Shown in pieces: positions 8,985 through 16,892 of a DNA stretch of 31,005 nucleotides (its first letter is position 1; each line of letters begins with the position of its first letter). Source of the DNA: a virus (taxonomy: Duplodnaviria; Caudoviricetes); the IMG/VR virus record IMGVR_UViG_3300033564_000222, positions 1-31,005 of that record. The stretch is one strand, 5' to 3'. The translations under genes were made by a program, and so were the position numbers. The notes below the pieces were generated by a model. That model made no database searches. It had not been told where the DNA came from and saw only the letters and a list, made by a program, of their open reading frames with translations.

Positions 8985-10169
8985 TTAAAATCCACTTTGT
9001 AATGTCGCTTTTAACCATGCTCCGCCTAAAATAATTTGCCCTATTCCGTTGTCTCTTTCTTTTGCTATCTGCAAATAATAATTCTGATCGCTATTGCTTT
9101 CTACTATAAATTGATAATTCAGAACGTAGTAAAATGGGGTTTGGTACGCAGTATCATTTAGGAATGACAAAGCGTCATATAAATTATATACGATAGGATT
9201 GACACTATTTAAGTGCGTTTCTCGGTTTGTTGAAGAGCGTTGCCCATAAGCTGTCGATATTGGCAATAAATCGTTTTCATTAATAGTTGTGCCACTTGCC
9301 ATAATTATATACTTCCACAAGTGATTACAATGCGATAAATAATCGTCATCAGAATTGAAGCCAAATTTAAAACCATCTCTTGCTGTAAGAGCATTGCTAC
9401 ATTTAATTATGAAATAACCTTCAACATGATAAACGTTGCCTTGTTTTAGCTCTACGAATAGCTCTGGTACATTTGCCAAAGTAGTGCTGTCGAAAGTAAA
9501 ATCATCAAAAGTTGTTGCTAAATTTTTAGGCTCTTTTTGGATGATACCATCATTTGAAATGAGGTTGTTTAATCTTCCAGAATAGGCAGGATTTATATAA
9601 GTATTAAATATTTTATGGCTATCATCGATTATAACAGAGATATCACCTTCTATATTTCTAAATATAAAATTTCTTGCAACAGCAACGCTGTTTGATTTTT
9701 CTCCAATTTCTAAATGGACATTATTGCCATTTAATACAATTGGATAACTTAATATTTCATCTGAAGTAGTAGCTTCAATGTTTACTGCCGATTCATCGCC
9801 ACTTGCTGTAACGTATAAACGGCTTGGAATGTCAGTTACTCCATTGTGCAGCTGTATCTCTGGGGTCGCTTCAACATCTGTCCCTGCTTTTGAATTTAAA
9901 CTTATAATTTCAGATTCTGTATCGATTTTGATTAAATCATTTACAATTGGCTCATCCAAAAGATTGTACGTGAGGGTTTGGCTAAATGTACCGTCTGGCA
10001 AACCGCCACCATCTAAATCAAACTGATCAACCTTATCTAAACATTTTTGGACAGTATTGTCTGTAGTCTCAAAATTCTTAGAAAAAGCTGAAGCTTCAAC
10101 GTTGACCATTGACGCGAATAGTTTTTTTAACTTTAATATACCATTTTCTATAATTCTAAAGAGTGTCAT
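8985..10169 (-). CDS. Fibre / receptor-binding-like virion protein
   Basis: TDNTVQKCLDKVD fibre-type N-terminal motif. C-terminal beta domain begins DSTTLANVPELFVELKQGNVYHVEG. Confidence 0.55.
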   Translation of the reverse strand: MTLFRIIENGILKLKKLFASMVNVEASAFSKNFETTDNTVQKCLDKVDQFDLDGGGLPDGTFSQTLTYNLLDEPIVNDLIKIDTESEIISLNSKAGTDVEATPEIQLHNGVTDIPSRLYVTASGDESAVNIEATTSDEILSYPIVLNGNNVHLEIGEKSNSVAVARNFIFRNIEGDISVIIDDSHKIFNTYINPAYSGRLNNLISNDGIIQKEPKNLATTFDDFTFDSTTLANVPELFVELKQGNVYHVEGYFIIKCSNALTARDGFKFGFNSDDDYLSHCNHLWKYIIMASGTTINENDLLPISTAYGQRSSTNRETHLNSVNPIVYNLYDALSFLNDTAYQTPFYYVLNYQFIVESNSDQNYYLQIAKERDNGIGQIILGGAWLKATLQSGF

Positions 10170-10180
10170 AATTTTTCCAT

Positions 10181-10203
10181 AAAGCCTCCCCGGAAGGAGG
10201 CTA
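10181..10203 (-). terminator. Hairpin / weak terminator after the capsid cement gene
   Basis: - strand AGCCTCC-TTCCGG-GGAGGCT-TTAT. Confidence 0.5.
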
Positions 10204-10217
10204 TTAATAATCGAGTC

Positions 10218-10649
10218 TTATGAAATTACTTTCCAATATTTTACTAATAAAACTTTGCGGACATCGCCTGTTCCGCCAGCTTCAAGTAAAATTGCGTTTA
10301 CTAAACCAGTTGCCGCAATTGCGACACCTGTGCCGTCAGATTTTGAAGTCAATTCTGCTCCAACTGTTAAAGAGTTTGCTCCTAATTTTAAGTAGGAAAT
10401 GCCTGCAGTTTTGATGTAGCCATTTTCGGTGTCGTCAATGGCACCGAACTGCGAAATACCGATACATGCTTCAGCTGCACCGGCTGGCTCCATATCTAAG
10501 CCGACAAATAAATTTGCTGCAATGTCCGCACCAGCTGTAATTTCAGCGATATTTTCAGCAGGGACAACCTTTCGGTCATGGCTGACTATATCGAGAACTT
10601 CAAACTGATTTGGAGTTGTAGCATTGGTTGGTTGGGTTGATGTTGCCAT
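10218..10649 (-). CDS. Capsid cement / decoration protein (DUF2190-like)
   Basis: AGADIAANLFVG...IGISQFGA...LTVGAELTSKSDGTGV...AILLEAGGTGDVRKVLL pattern. Strong AAGGAGG RBS. Confidence 0.72.
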   Translation of the reverse strand: MATSTQPTNATTPNQFEVLDIVSHDRKVVPAENIAEITAGADIAANLFVGLDMEPAGAAEACIGISQFGAIDDTENGYIKTAGISYLKLGANSLTVGAELTSKSDGTGVAIAATGLVNAILLEAGGTGDVRKVLLVKYWKVIS

Positions 10650-10660
10650 TAGTTACCTCC

Positions 10661-10969
10661 TTACTTAATTTCTGGATATTTAATAGCATCATTCACAGTT
10701 GGGAATTTTTTGTCTTTCAAAATTTCTACAGCAGAGCGTAAAAATTCGCAAACAGTGTCATCCCATTCGGTGGCAGTTTTTTCAGCTTTCTCTTCTACCC
10801 ATGTAATGATTACATCTAAGATTGTATAGATTGGGATGATTCCCAATATTTTGATTAAGATTGATTTTACCCATGTTGGCATATCGTTGTTCTCCTCTAT
10901 AATTTCAATTATCTCTTGCGTTGGAACCGCAACGCTCGGTTTTAAAAATTCAATTATTTTAGTCCACAT
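10661..10969 (-). CDS. Small lysis-cassette protein (holin-like or accessory)
   Basis: Follows the endolysin, with hydrophobic ILIKILGIIPIYTILDVIITWV and KTATEWDD motif. Starts possible at 10969 (MWTK) or 10882 (MPTW, GAGGAG RBS). Confidence 0.45.
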   Translation of the reverse strand: MWTKIIEFLKPSVAVPTQEIIEIIEENNDMPTWVKSILIKILGIIPIYTILDVIITWVEEKAEKTATEWDDTVCEFLRSAVEILKDKKFPTVNDAIKYPEIK

Positions 10970-11567
10970 ATTGGAAGCCTCCAAAACCTTTAATTATCAA
11001 ACTGCCATATCGTTCGTTAATGCTTCTTATTCTGATGTAATTTCCGCTTCCTTCCCGCTGACTGCCGATTTTTCCATTTCCTGTATTGCAGCCCATCGTT
11101 TGATACTTTCCTGTTGCCATAATTGCTATTATTCTTTCTGTATGACCTTTGACTGTATTCGGTATGTAAAAAAAAAGCAAGTCGTTTTTTTGTCCTACTG
11201 GTGGAGTTTTTTTGCCGGACTTTTTAAACCTTCTAAAACACTCTTGGCTTCCGGCTGTTTTCAACACCTCTAAATTTTGCCAGCTTTTACCATTGGCTAC
11301 CCAAAAAAAGTAGCTTTGTGCCATCTGGCAGTAAGGGTAGTTCTCTTTTTTATCGCTATAACCCAAGCCTATTGCTTTGTGATATTCGCGGATATGCTCG
11401 CCATCGTTACGACTTTTCGCTTCTTTCAGCCCAACATGCTTCATCATCACATTAGCCGATGAATCGACTAATCGCTTAGGCATTGGCAATTCGTAACGCT
11501 CAACAGCTGGAAGAGATCCCAAACTGCAAAATGCTAAAACTAATATTATTATCAGCTTTTTAAACAT
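10959..11567 (-). CDS. Endolysin, CHAP-like amidase/peptidase with N-terminal signal peptide
   Basis: VGLKE...NDGEHIREY, PYC (catalytic Cys), GHT (catalytic His) and GCNT motifs. MFKKLIIILVLAFCSLGSLPA signal sequence. Confidence 0.75.
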   Translation of the reverse strand: MFKKLIIILVLAFCSLGSLPAVERYELPMPKRLVDSSANVMMKHVGLKEAKSRNDGEHIREYHKAIGLGYSDKKENYPYCQMAQSYFFWVANGKSWQNLEVLKTAGSQECFRRFKKSGKKTPPVGQKNDLLFFYIPNTVKGHTERIIAIMATGKYQTMGCNTGNGKIGSQREGSGNYIRIRSINERYGSLIIKGFGGFQYVD

Positions 11568-11856
11568 AGCCGTTCGCCATCAAATATGCACAAAGTTGAA
11601 TTATTGAAGTTAAAATCGCGGAACCTAAAGCAATGTTGCCAATATTAGCAGAATATCTACTGTCAATAGTGAAGCTGACAGAGCTGATACCCCACAAAGC
11701 TAAATTTGTGAGCAAACCCCACATTGCAAAGCTTTCAAATGTTATAGCGTAAAGCACTAAACTTTGAGGGACTAAAGTTGTAGCGATGTGAGAAGCTATC
11801 ATCATCATCACAAACACTAAATTTTTTATCCAGAATTTTTCGTTTAAGGCATTCAT
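11560..11856 (-). CDS. Holin-like protein, three predicted TM segments
   Basis: 98 aa with three hydrophobic stretches, overlapping the endolysin start. Confidence 0.55.
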   Translation of the reverse strand: MNALNEKFWIKNLVFVMMMIASHIATTLVPQSLVLYAITFESFAMWGLLTNLALWGISSVSFTIDSRYSANIGNIALGSAILTSIIQLCAYLMANGYV

Positions 11857-11858
11857 TT

Positions 11859-12158
11859 TTACCTATTTTCTATTAGTTTAACAATTAAGTCGAATTTTTT
11901 ATCCACTTCAGTAAATTTGTCATCAATCTTTTTGTCGATGTTGCACAACTGCTCATTTATAACGTCAAATTTGCGGTCGCCTTGGTTCAATCTTTCATCT
12001 ATTTTAACATGTTTTTCTTTATGCTCTTTGACTTCAGCCATACATTGATCTTCCTTGCGATTTTTACTATAAACAATTAAATAGCGGACAGTTCCATAGC
12101 CACCAATTATGGCAAAGACCTTTACAAATATTTCAAATATGTAGTTTGCTAAATCCAT
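11859..12158 (-). CDS. Single-TM plus coiled-coil lysis-cassette protein (holin/XhlA-like)
   Basis: N-terminal TM (IFEIFVKVFAIIGGYGTVRYLIVY) followed by a charged coiled coil. Confidence 0.5.
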   Translation of the reverse strand: MDLANYIFEIFVKVFAIIGGYGTVRYLIVYSKNRKEDQCMAEVKEHKEKHVKIDERLNQGDRKFDVINEQLCNIDKKIDDKFTEVDKKFDLIVKLIENR

Positions 12159-12682
12159 TCTGGCAAAGTGCTTTTATAGTTTGCAATAATGTAATTTACA
12201 TCTTCTACATTTAGTGCGTTGCTAATGCCAGACATAGCAGAATGGCAGACTGTTGAGCAATCTTCAACAAAAGCTCTTACTTTTGCAACATATTCATCTG
12301 TATATTTTGTTAAATTTCTACGACCTAAACCAATCGAACGTTGAGTAGGTTCATCAACATGATCTAAAATATACTCTTCTGTCATATCCACTATTTGCAA
12401 AATAGCCGTTTGCTTTGCACGAACTATAACAGCTTCTGGCAAGTTTGACAAATGCTCAACATACAGTTCAGAACTGTATTGTTCAGCCAATTCAACCGCA
12501 TCTAAAGCCCACATATCAAACCTATGTGATGTTGCTGGATTTGATAACCGGAAAATCCATTTGCCGTTTTCTTCGCCATACTTATCAATCCTTTCAATTG
12601 TTATGTTTGATTGCTCTGGCAAAGAATCAATCAAATAATAATAAACATTGCTTTTTCTACTTTTTAAAGTAACTTTGAACAT
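12149..12682 (-). CDS. Fibre assembly chaperone-like protein (DUF4376-like C-terminus)
   Basis: Directly after the fibre gene. C-terminal helical ...VRAFVEDC...ISNALNVEDVNYI pattern. Confidence 0.45.
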   Translation of the reverse strand: MFKVTLKSRKSNVYYYLIDSLPEQSNITIERIDKYGEENGKWIFRLSNPATSHRFDMWALDAVELAEQYSSELYVEHLSNLPEAVIVRAKQTAILQIVDMTEEYILDHVDEPTQRSIGLGRRNLTKYTDEYVAKVRAFVEDCSTVCHSAMSGISNALNVEDVNYIIANYKSTLPEWI

Positions 12683-12693
12683 TATCTTACTTC

Positions 12694-13419
12694 CTATAAT
12701 TTTGAGATACTTAAATATGAATCTTTTAACAACATCGCTATATTGCCTGCATTGCTTATTTTTGTCTTAACAGTAAATGTGCCTGACTGTGATGTGTTGA
12801 GAATTATATCAGCAAAAGAATACACCCTTACAACGCCTTCGCCAACCCCTGTATAATTCCTATTAACAAATGCACTAACGCGGGTCCAATGGGTTAGAAC
12901 ATTAGAATTAGCGAACAGATAAGCATAGCCACTCGCGCTATTATGATCAAACGATTCCCCTACGCAATTGCCAGTACAACCAGATGGGAAGTCTAAATAA
13001 AAATAGACAGGTTGGATGTCGCGGAAGGAAAAAGATAGAAATATTTTATATGATGCGTTAGCTTCTAAACTAAAAGTAAAATCTGGTATAGAATTTTCTG
13101 TTGTTGAATTAACAGTCAAATTGCTTGATAATTTTAGAACTTGAGAGCCACCACTTATTTCAATATCCCCAGACCCTAATAAGCTTACATTGTTTAAAGT
13201 TTTTATCCCCACGCCAGAAACCAATGCATCTTGTTTGCCTGCAAGCGTTGTTGCCAAATTTGCAACATCTGAAATCGCAATTGGGCTTTCCAGCTTTTCG
13301 CCTAATGCAGCATCCAAATCAGTTTGATTTGCCAAAGTGCCATCAATGGCACCCCAAATTGCACTACCAGGATTTTCTCCGAAGCCTTTTTCATTCCAAT
13401 ATAATAATTTCGTTGACAT
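12694..13419 (-). CDS. Short fibre protein
   Basis: Fibre motifs WGAIDGTLANQTDL, ISDVANLATTLAGKQD and IKTLNNVSLLGSGDI, plus a C-terminal beta head domain. Confidence 0.68.
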   Translation of the reverse strand: MSTKLLYWNEKGFGENPGSAIWGAIDGTLANQTDLDAALGEKLESPIAISDVANLATTLAGKQDALVSGVGIKTLNNVSLLGSGDIEISGGSQVLKLSSNLTVNSTTENSIPDFTFSLEANASYKIFLSFSFRDIQPVYFYLDFPSGCTGNCVGESFDHNSASGYAYLFANSNVLTHWTRVSAFVNRNYTGVGEGVVRVYSFADIILNTSQSGTFTVKTKISNAGNIAMLLKDSYLSISKL

Positions 13420-13754
13420 TAGTAGCTATTCCTATTGCAAGTGATAGTGATATAACCTTCATCTGTCGTTGAGTTCGCAATATACTTAACAGCCAATTTA
13501 GGAGGAGTAACATCAACCATAAGGCTAATCTTTCGCAAAACACCTATCAACTGTTCGCCAATTTTAACTTCGTTGCCACCATTCAAATCAGCTGCGTAAT
13601 ATTCAATTACACCAGGTAATTCTTGACCTTCATCATCAGCAACAGCAATCACGGCAAGAACGCAACCTTGGAGAGCAGGCGACCAATCAGCAACTGCCAA
13701 AGAGCTATCTTCAGTTAAATCGTGATCAGTTAATAAATTTTGATAAGTAAACAT
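13419..13754 (-). CDS. Virion structural protein (hypothetical, possible fibre anchor)
   Basis: 111 aa with GGAG RBS, between capsid and fibre, TAATG-coupled to the fibre gene. Confidence 0.5.
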   Translation of the reverse strand: MFTYQNLLTDHDLTEDSSLAVADWSPALQGCVLAVIAVADDEGQELPGVIEYYAADLNGGNEVKIGEQLIGVLRKISLMVDVTPPKLAVKYIANSTTDEGYITITCNRNSY

Positions 13755-13770
13755 TTTAATCTCCTATTAA

Positions 13771-13797
13771 TAAAAATGGGGGCGGGGCAGCCCCCAT
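13771..13797 (-). terminator. Intrinsic terminator after the major capsid gene
   Basis: - strand ATGGGGGC-TGCCCC-GCCCCCAT-TTTTA. Confidence 0.75.
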
Positions 13798-13818
13798 AAG
13801 ACAATCACTTAACGCACA

Positions 13819-14781
13819 CTATATTTTTAAATTTCTAATTCTACGGACAGCATATTTATCTTCGATTTTCCATGCACCGCGAATTTCGCCTTTATAAATA
13901 GAACCTTCTTGAGGTTCAGCATCTGGCTCTTTCCACTCAAGACCGGAATTACTTACAAAGCTGAAATTCATTTCACCAGGAGCAGCAGCATAAATTGAAG
14001 TAGTAACAGCGGCGGCAGCATTGTCCGCTTCGGTTTTGGTTATTGTTTCATCTTTCATCACATAGATTGGGATGCCATTGTAGTTCACAATAGGTTGATT
14101 AAACATGTCGAGAGTAGTAGTAATGTTGCGTTGGTTGTGAGCGATAGTAAGCAAACGAGAACGCATTGATTGATTCATGATTAAAGCTGTTGGGTTGTTT
14201 ACTTCAGCCAACCAACTATCGATTTTTTCAAGGAAGTAAGCCCAATTAGATGAGTTTGTTAAATCTAAACTATTTGGGGATCCTGAAATACCATAAGCGG
14301 CATCAATTACACCGGTTAAATTATAACCTGGCATATTGGTTGTGCCGTTTAAAATGTTTGCTAAACCTTTGAAAGCCGAATCAACGCCACTACCTTGGAA
14401 GGTGTTGATGTCATAAGCCGCTGCAAAAGTTTTGATCATCCTTTGTAAGTCTTTTTTCCAATACTCGGCAGTTTTGCCCAACTTCATGTCTGCAATATCC
14501 GAAGCATCAATTACGAATTTAAAGCCATTATACTTTTGGCTGTTTGATTGACGACTGCCCATCTGTTTAAATTCGGCATCGTAAGCTTCTCCCTTAGCTC
14601 TTGACTGCAATGTCAAAGCATCGTCTGGAGTGTAGTAATCGAAAGCATCTGTATCAAGCTCAAAAGCATTAGCATTTTCGAGCATTGCCAATAAAGGCGA
14701 ATTTTGGAGAATCAACGCAAGGGCTTCATTGCCCATGCCGGAAGGTGATTCTATGTTAGAGATTTGAGCTAATCTACTCAT
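13819..14781 (-). CDS. Major capsid protein (HK97 fold)
   Basis: 320 aa with FKGLANIL, LIMNQSMRSRL, FNQPIVNYNGIPI and TTSIYA motifs. Follows the scaffold and is followed by a terminator. Confidence 0.88.
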   Translation of the reverse strand: MSRLAQISNIESPSGMGNEALALILQNSPLLAMLENANAFELDTDAFDYYTPDDALTLQSRAKGEAYDAEFKQMGSRQSNSQKYNGFKFVIDASDIADMKLGKTAEYWKKDLQRMIKTFAAAYDINTFQGSGVDSAFKGLANILNGTTNMPGYNLTGVIDAAYGISGSPNSLDLTNSSNWAYFLEKIDSWLAEVNNPTALIMNQSMRSRLLTIAHNQRNITTTLDMFNQPIVNYNGIPIYVMKDETITKTEADNAAAAVTTSIYAAAPGEMNFSFVSNSGLEWKEPDAEPQEGSIYKGEIRGAWKIEDKYAVRRIRNLKI

Positions 14782-14809
14782 GTTTATTTCCTTTTTGAAT
14801 ACTTAATAA

Positions 14810-15454
14810 TTAAATTTCTTGCTGGTTTACGTATTTTAAAAAATTTGGGTTGACCATCCCCAAAGTAGGTTTAGCAGTCTTGCCGTCGGCAGATGTTTGA
14901 GGCGACTGTTGCCCTGCTTTTTGGTTAGAAACAACAGGCTTCCTTGCTTCAATTTCTGTTTTCCACGAATCGTAATCTTTTTCTAAAAGCAATTGGTATT
15001 TGCTTTTTTTGTCAGCTTCTTCAAAATAACCGCCCTCTTCGGTAGCCAACTTTCCATCAGCAACTGCTTTTTCAAGGAAGACTTTGATTTTGGCTTTGTT
15101 TTCTGCGTCAACTCTTTTTTTCATTTCCTCTTCGTAAGACTTGGTTTTGTTTGCCTGTTCGCCGATGATGTCTTTCAAAGTTTTAATTTCACCACCGAAT
15201 GTTTCGGCGATTTTTTTCAATTCGCTCTGCATTTCTTCAAATGTGTAACTTGATTTTGGGGGTTCCTGCTTCGGTGGGCGATTAAATAATGATTTAAACT
15301 TTTCCATAAAGTCTGGTGGTGTGTCTTGAGGCGAAACAATAGATTCAATTTCCTCCGACGTAAGTTTATCAACGCCACCCTTTGTGGCGGCAAGTTTGAT
15401 AATTGCTTCTAATATTTTTGCAAAATCCATAGATGAATCCGTTAAATTAAACAT
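14810..15454 (-). CDS. Capsid scaffolding protein (no protease domain)
   Basis: Charged coiled coil with FLEKAVADGKL, like the Mu gpI/gpZ scaffold region. The listed TTG at 15484 lies inside the promoter, so the start is likely 15454 or 15430. Confidence 0.68.
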   Translation of the reverse strand: MFNLTDSSMDFAKILEAIIKLAATKGGVDKLTSEEIESIVSPQDTPPDFMEKFKSLFNRPPKQEPPKSSYTFEEMQSELKKIAETFGGEIKTLKDIIGEQANKTKSYEEEMKKRVDAENKAKIKVFLEKAVADGKLATEEGGYFEEADKKSKYQLLLEKDYDSWKTEIEARKPVVSNQKAGQQSPQTSADGKTAKPTLGMVNPNFLKYVNQQEI

Positions 15455-15481
15455 AGCGACATATTCGCCACAATCACAGTT

Positions 15482-15555
15482 CAAAATTAATGCTATACTA
15501 TTTTAATTTATAGTCATATACGACTATTTATAATTTTTTTTTGACTTTAATTTTG
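15482..15555. promoter_or_regulatory. Back-to-back late promoters with a central palindromic site
   Basis: TAATTTTG (-7 element) on - at 15482..15489 and on + at 15548..15555. ATAGTC-N6-GACTAT at 15510..15527 lies exactly 20 nt from each. Confidence 0.72.
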
Positions 15556-15590
15556 AATTAGACTTTTTGAACTGTTAAAGTGGTTAAATT

Positions 15591-15953
15591 ATGCCGTTTA
15601 TTAGCAAAGTTGAATTTGAAAAATTAGCCGGAGCATCCGGTACTCGAAAATTAATTGCCAAATTAACCGATGAAGATTTCGATGGCTTTGAAGCTCAAGC
15701 AGCTTCAATAATAACGTCGATAACGTCGCTTGATGTGCCGGCAGATAATGCAGACGCCCCCAATTGGGTTAAACTGCCTGCAATGTGGCTAATTCAATAC
15801 ATTTACGCTCAAGGTGCCGACAGCAAAGAAAACACCGAAACCTATAACAACATTTACGACAAAGCAATTAACATTTTAACAAATCATAGCGACGGGGGAG
15901 ATTCTCCTGCACGGTCAATGACTGGTAGCATGGAGGGCTGTTATGAATTTTAG
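15591..15953 (+). CDS. Head-tail adaptor (Mu gp36/DUF1320-like)
   Basis: 120 aa with MPFISK..F N-terminus, A...I.S, P.WVK and YDKAI..L motifs. Confidence 0.62.
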   Translation: MPFISKVEFEKLAGASGTRKLIAKLTDEDFDGFEAQAASIITSITSLDVPADNADAPNWVKLPAMWLIQYIYAQGADSKENTETYNNIYDKAINILTNHSDGGDSPARSMTGSMEGCYEF

Positions 15954-16368
15954 CGATACGGAAGCTGCATTAGTAAAAAAGCTAACTGACTACGCAACAG
16001 GGTTGCAAGTGCCAACGGACAACATAGTAGTTGGCAAAATTGGCGAAATACCAGCGATGGCTTCTCCTTTTATAGCGATTTACACAGCTCCTTATGCTGG
16101 GAAGAAGTATGAATCTGGCATGGTTGAAGGGGCGATGGATACAACAATTCTTTGCAGTGCCTCTGCTGAGGTTTCTGATGTCCAAGCTCACAAATCATCC
16201 GCAATTTTGCTAACATCACGGATCTTAAATTTATTAACGGCATTTCGAGGGTTTGAATTGAAAAGCATTGATATATTTAGCATATCAATGGAAGATTGCA
16301 AAATAGCATTAGAAGGTTTGTTTTGGGGCGTCGATTATTACGAAGATTTATATACGGAAGAAGATTAA
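15943..16368 (+). CDS. Tail terminator / completion protein (Mu gp37-like)
   Basis: 141 aa after the gp36-like gene, with PAMASPFIAIY motif. Call is largely positional. Confidence 0.5.
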   Translation: MNFSDTEAALVKKLTDYATGLQVPTDNIVVGKIGEIPAMASPFIAIYTAPYAGKKYESGMVEGAMDTTILCSASAEVSDVQAHKSSAILLTSRILNLLTAFRGFELKSIDIFSISMEDCKIALEGLFWGVDYYEDLYTEED

Positions 16369-16892
16369 TGAGAAGAGCAAGAAAAGCATTAAAACTGCCA
16401 TTGGATACGCAGATTAGAATAGCTCGTGATTTTTTACAAAAAAAGAAATCGACACCAAACTATTCCATGAAAGACCATGCAATTAAACACAATTGCAGTT
16501 ACGAGCAGGTTCGCTCTTATGTCGAAAAACTAAAATTAGGTCGTTATGCTTTTACAGACTCCTCGGTTTCGCAAGCAAGAATGGCAGAAATTTACAACGA
16601 GCTGCATATTAAAATTGATGAAAGCGATGTTGATGTTTTGATGCAACAAATTTTAGTAATCGAAGAGCAATTAAAAAGAACCGATTCTTTCAAGCCAGAA
16701 GAGCGGACAAAAATAGCTATGGAATTGGCAAAGCTTAAAAAGTTACGCGAAGACGTATTGAAAGCACAAAATGAAAATGAAAAATATACACTAAAAAAAG
16801 AATTCCTTTACAGATTTGCAAAGCGATTGAAATCGACAATAACCGAAAGCGATGCAATTAAAATAGCTCGTGAGGTTGCCGATGGACTTTAA
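16368..16892 (+). CDS. Terminase small subunit (putative)
   Basis: Start at 16368 by TAATG coupling. N-terminal HTH (SMKDHAIKHNCSYEQVRSYV), helical C-terminus, overlaps TerL. Confidence 0.6.
   Translation: MRRARKALKLPLDTQIRIARDFLQKKKSTPNYSMKDHAIKHNCSYEQVRSYVEKLKLGRYAFTDSSVSQARMAEIYNELHIKIDESDVDVLMQQILVIEEQLKRTDSFKPEERTKIAMELAKLKKLREDVLKAQNENEKYTLKKEFLYRFAKRLKSTITESDAIKIAREVADGL

Noticed and set aside
11168-11176. A9 tract in the endolysin as a phase-variation site
   Set aside because: Homopolymers of this length are common in this AT-rich genome and the frame is intact.
8985-13419. Diversity-generating retroelement or Gin-type fibre switching
   Set aside because: No reverse transcriptase or recombinase, and no nucleotide-level TR/VR pair noticed.
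15711-15728. 9-bp tandem duplication ATAACGTCG x2
   Set aside because: An in-frame micro-duplication (ITS-ITS) with no sign of function.
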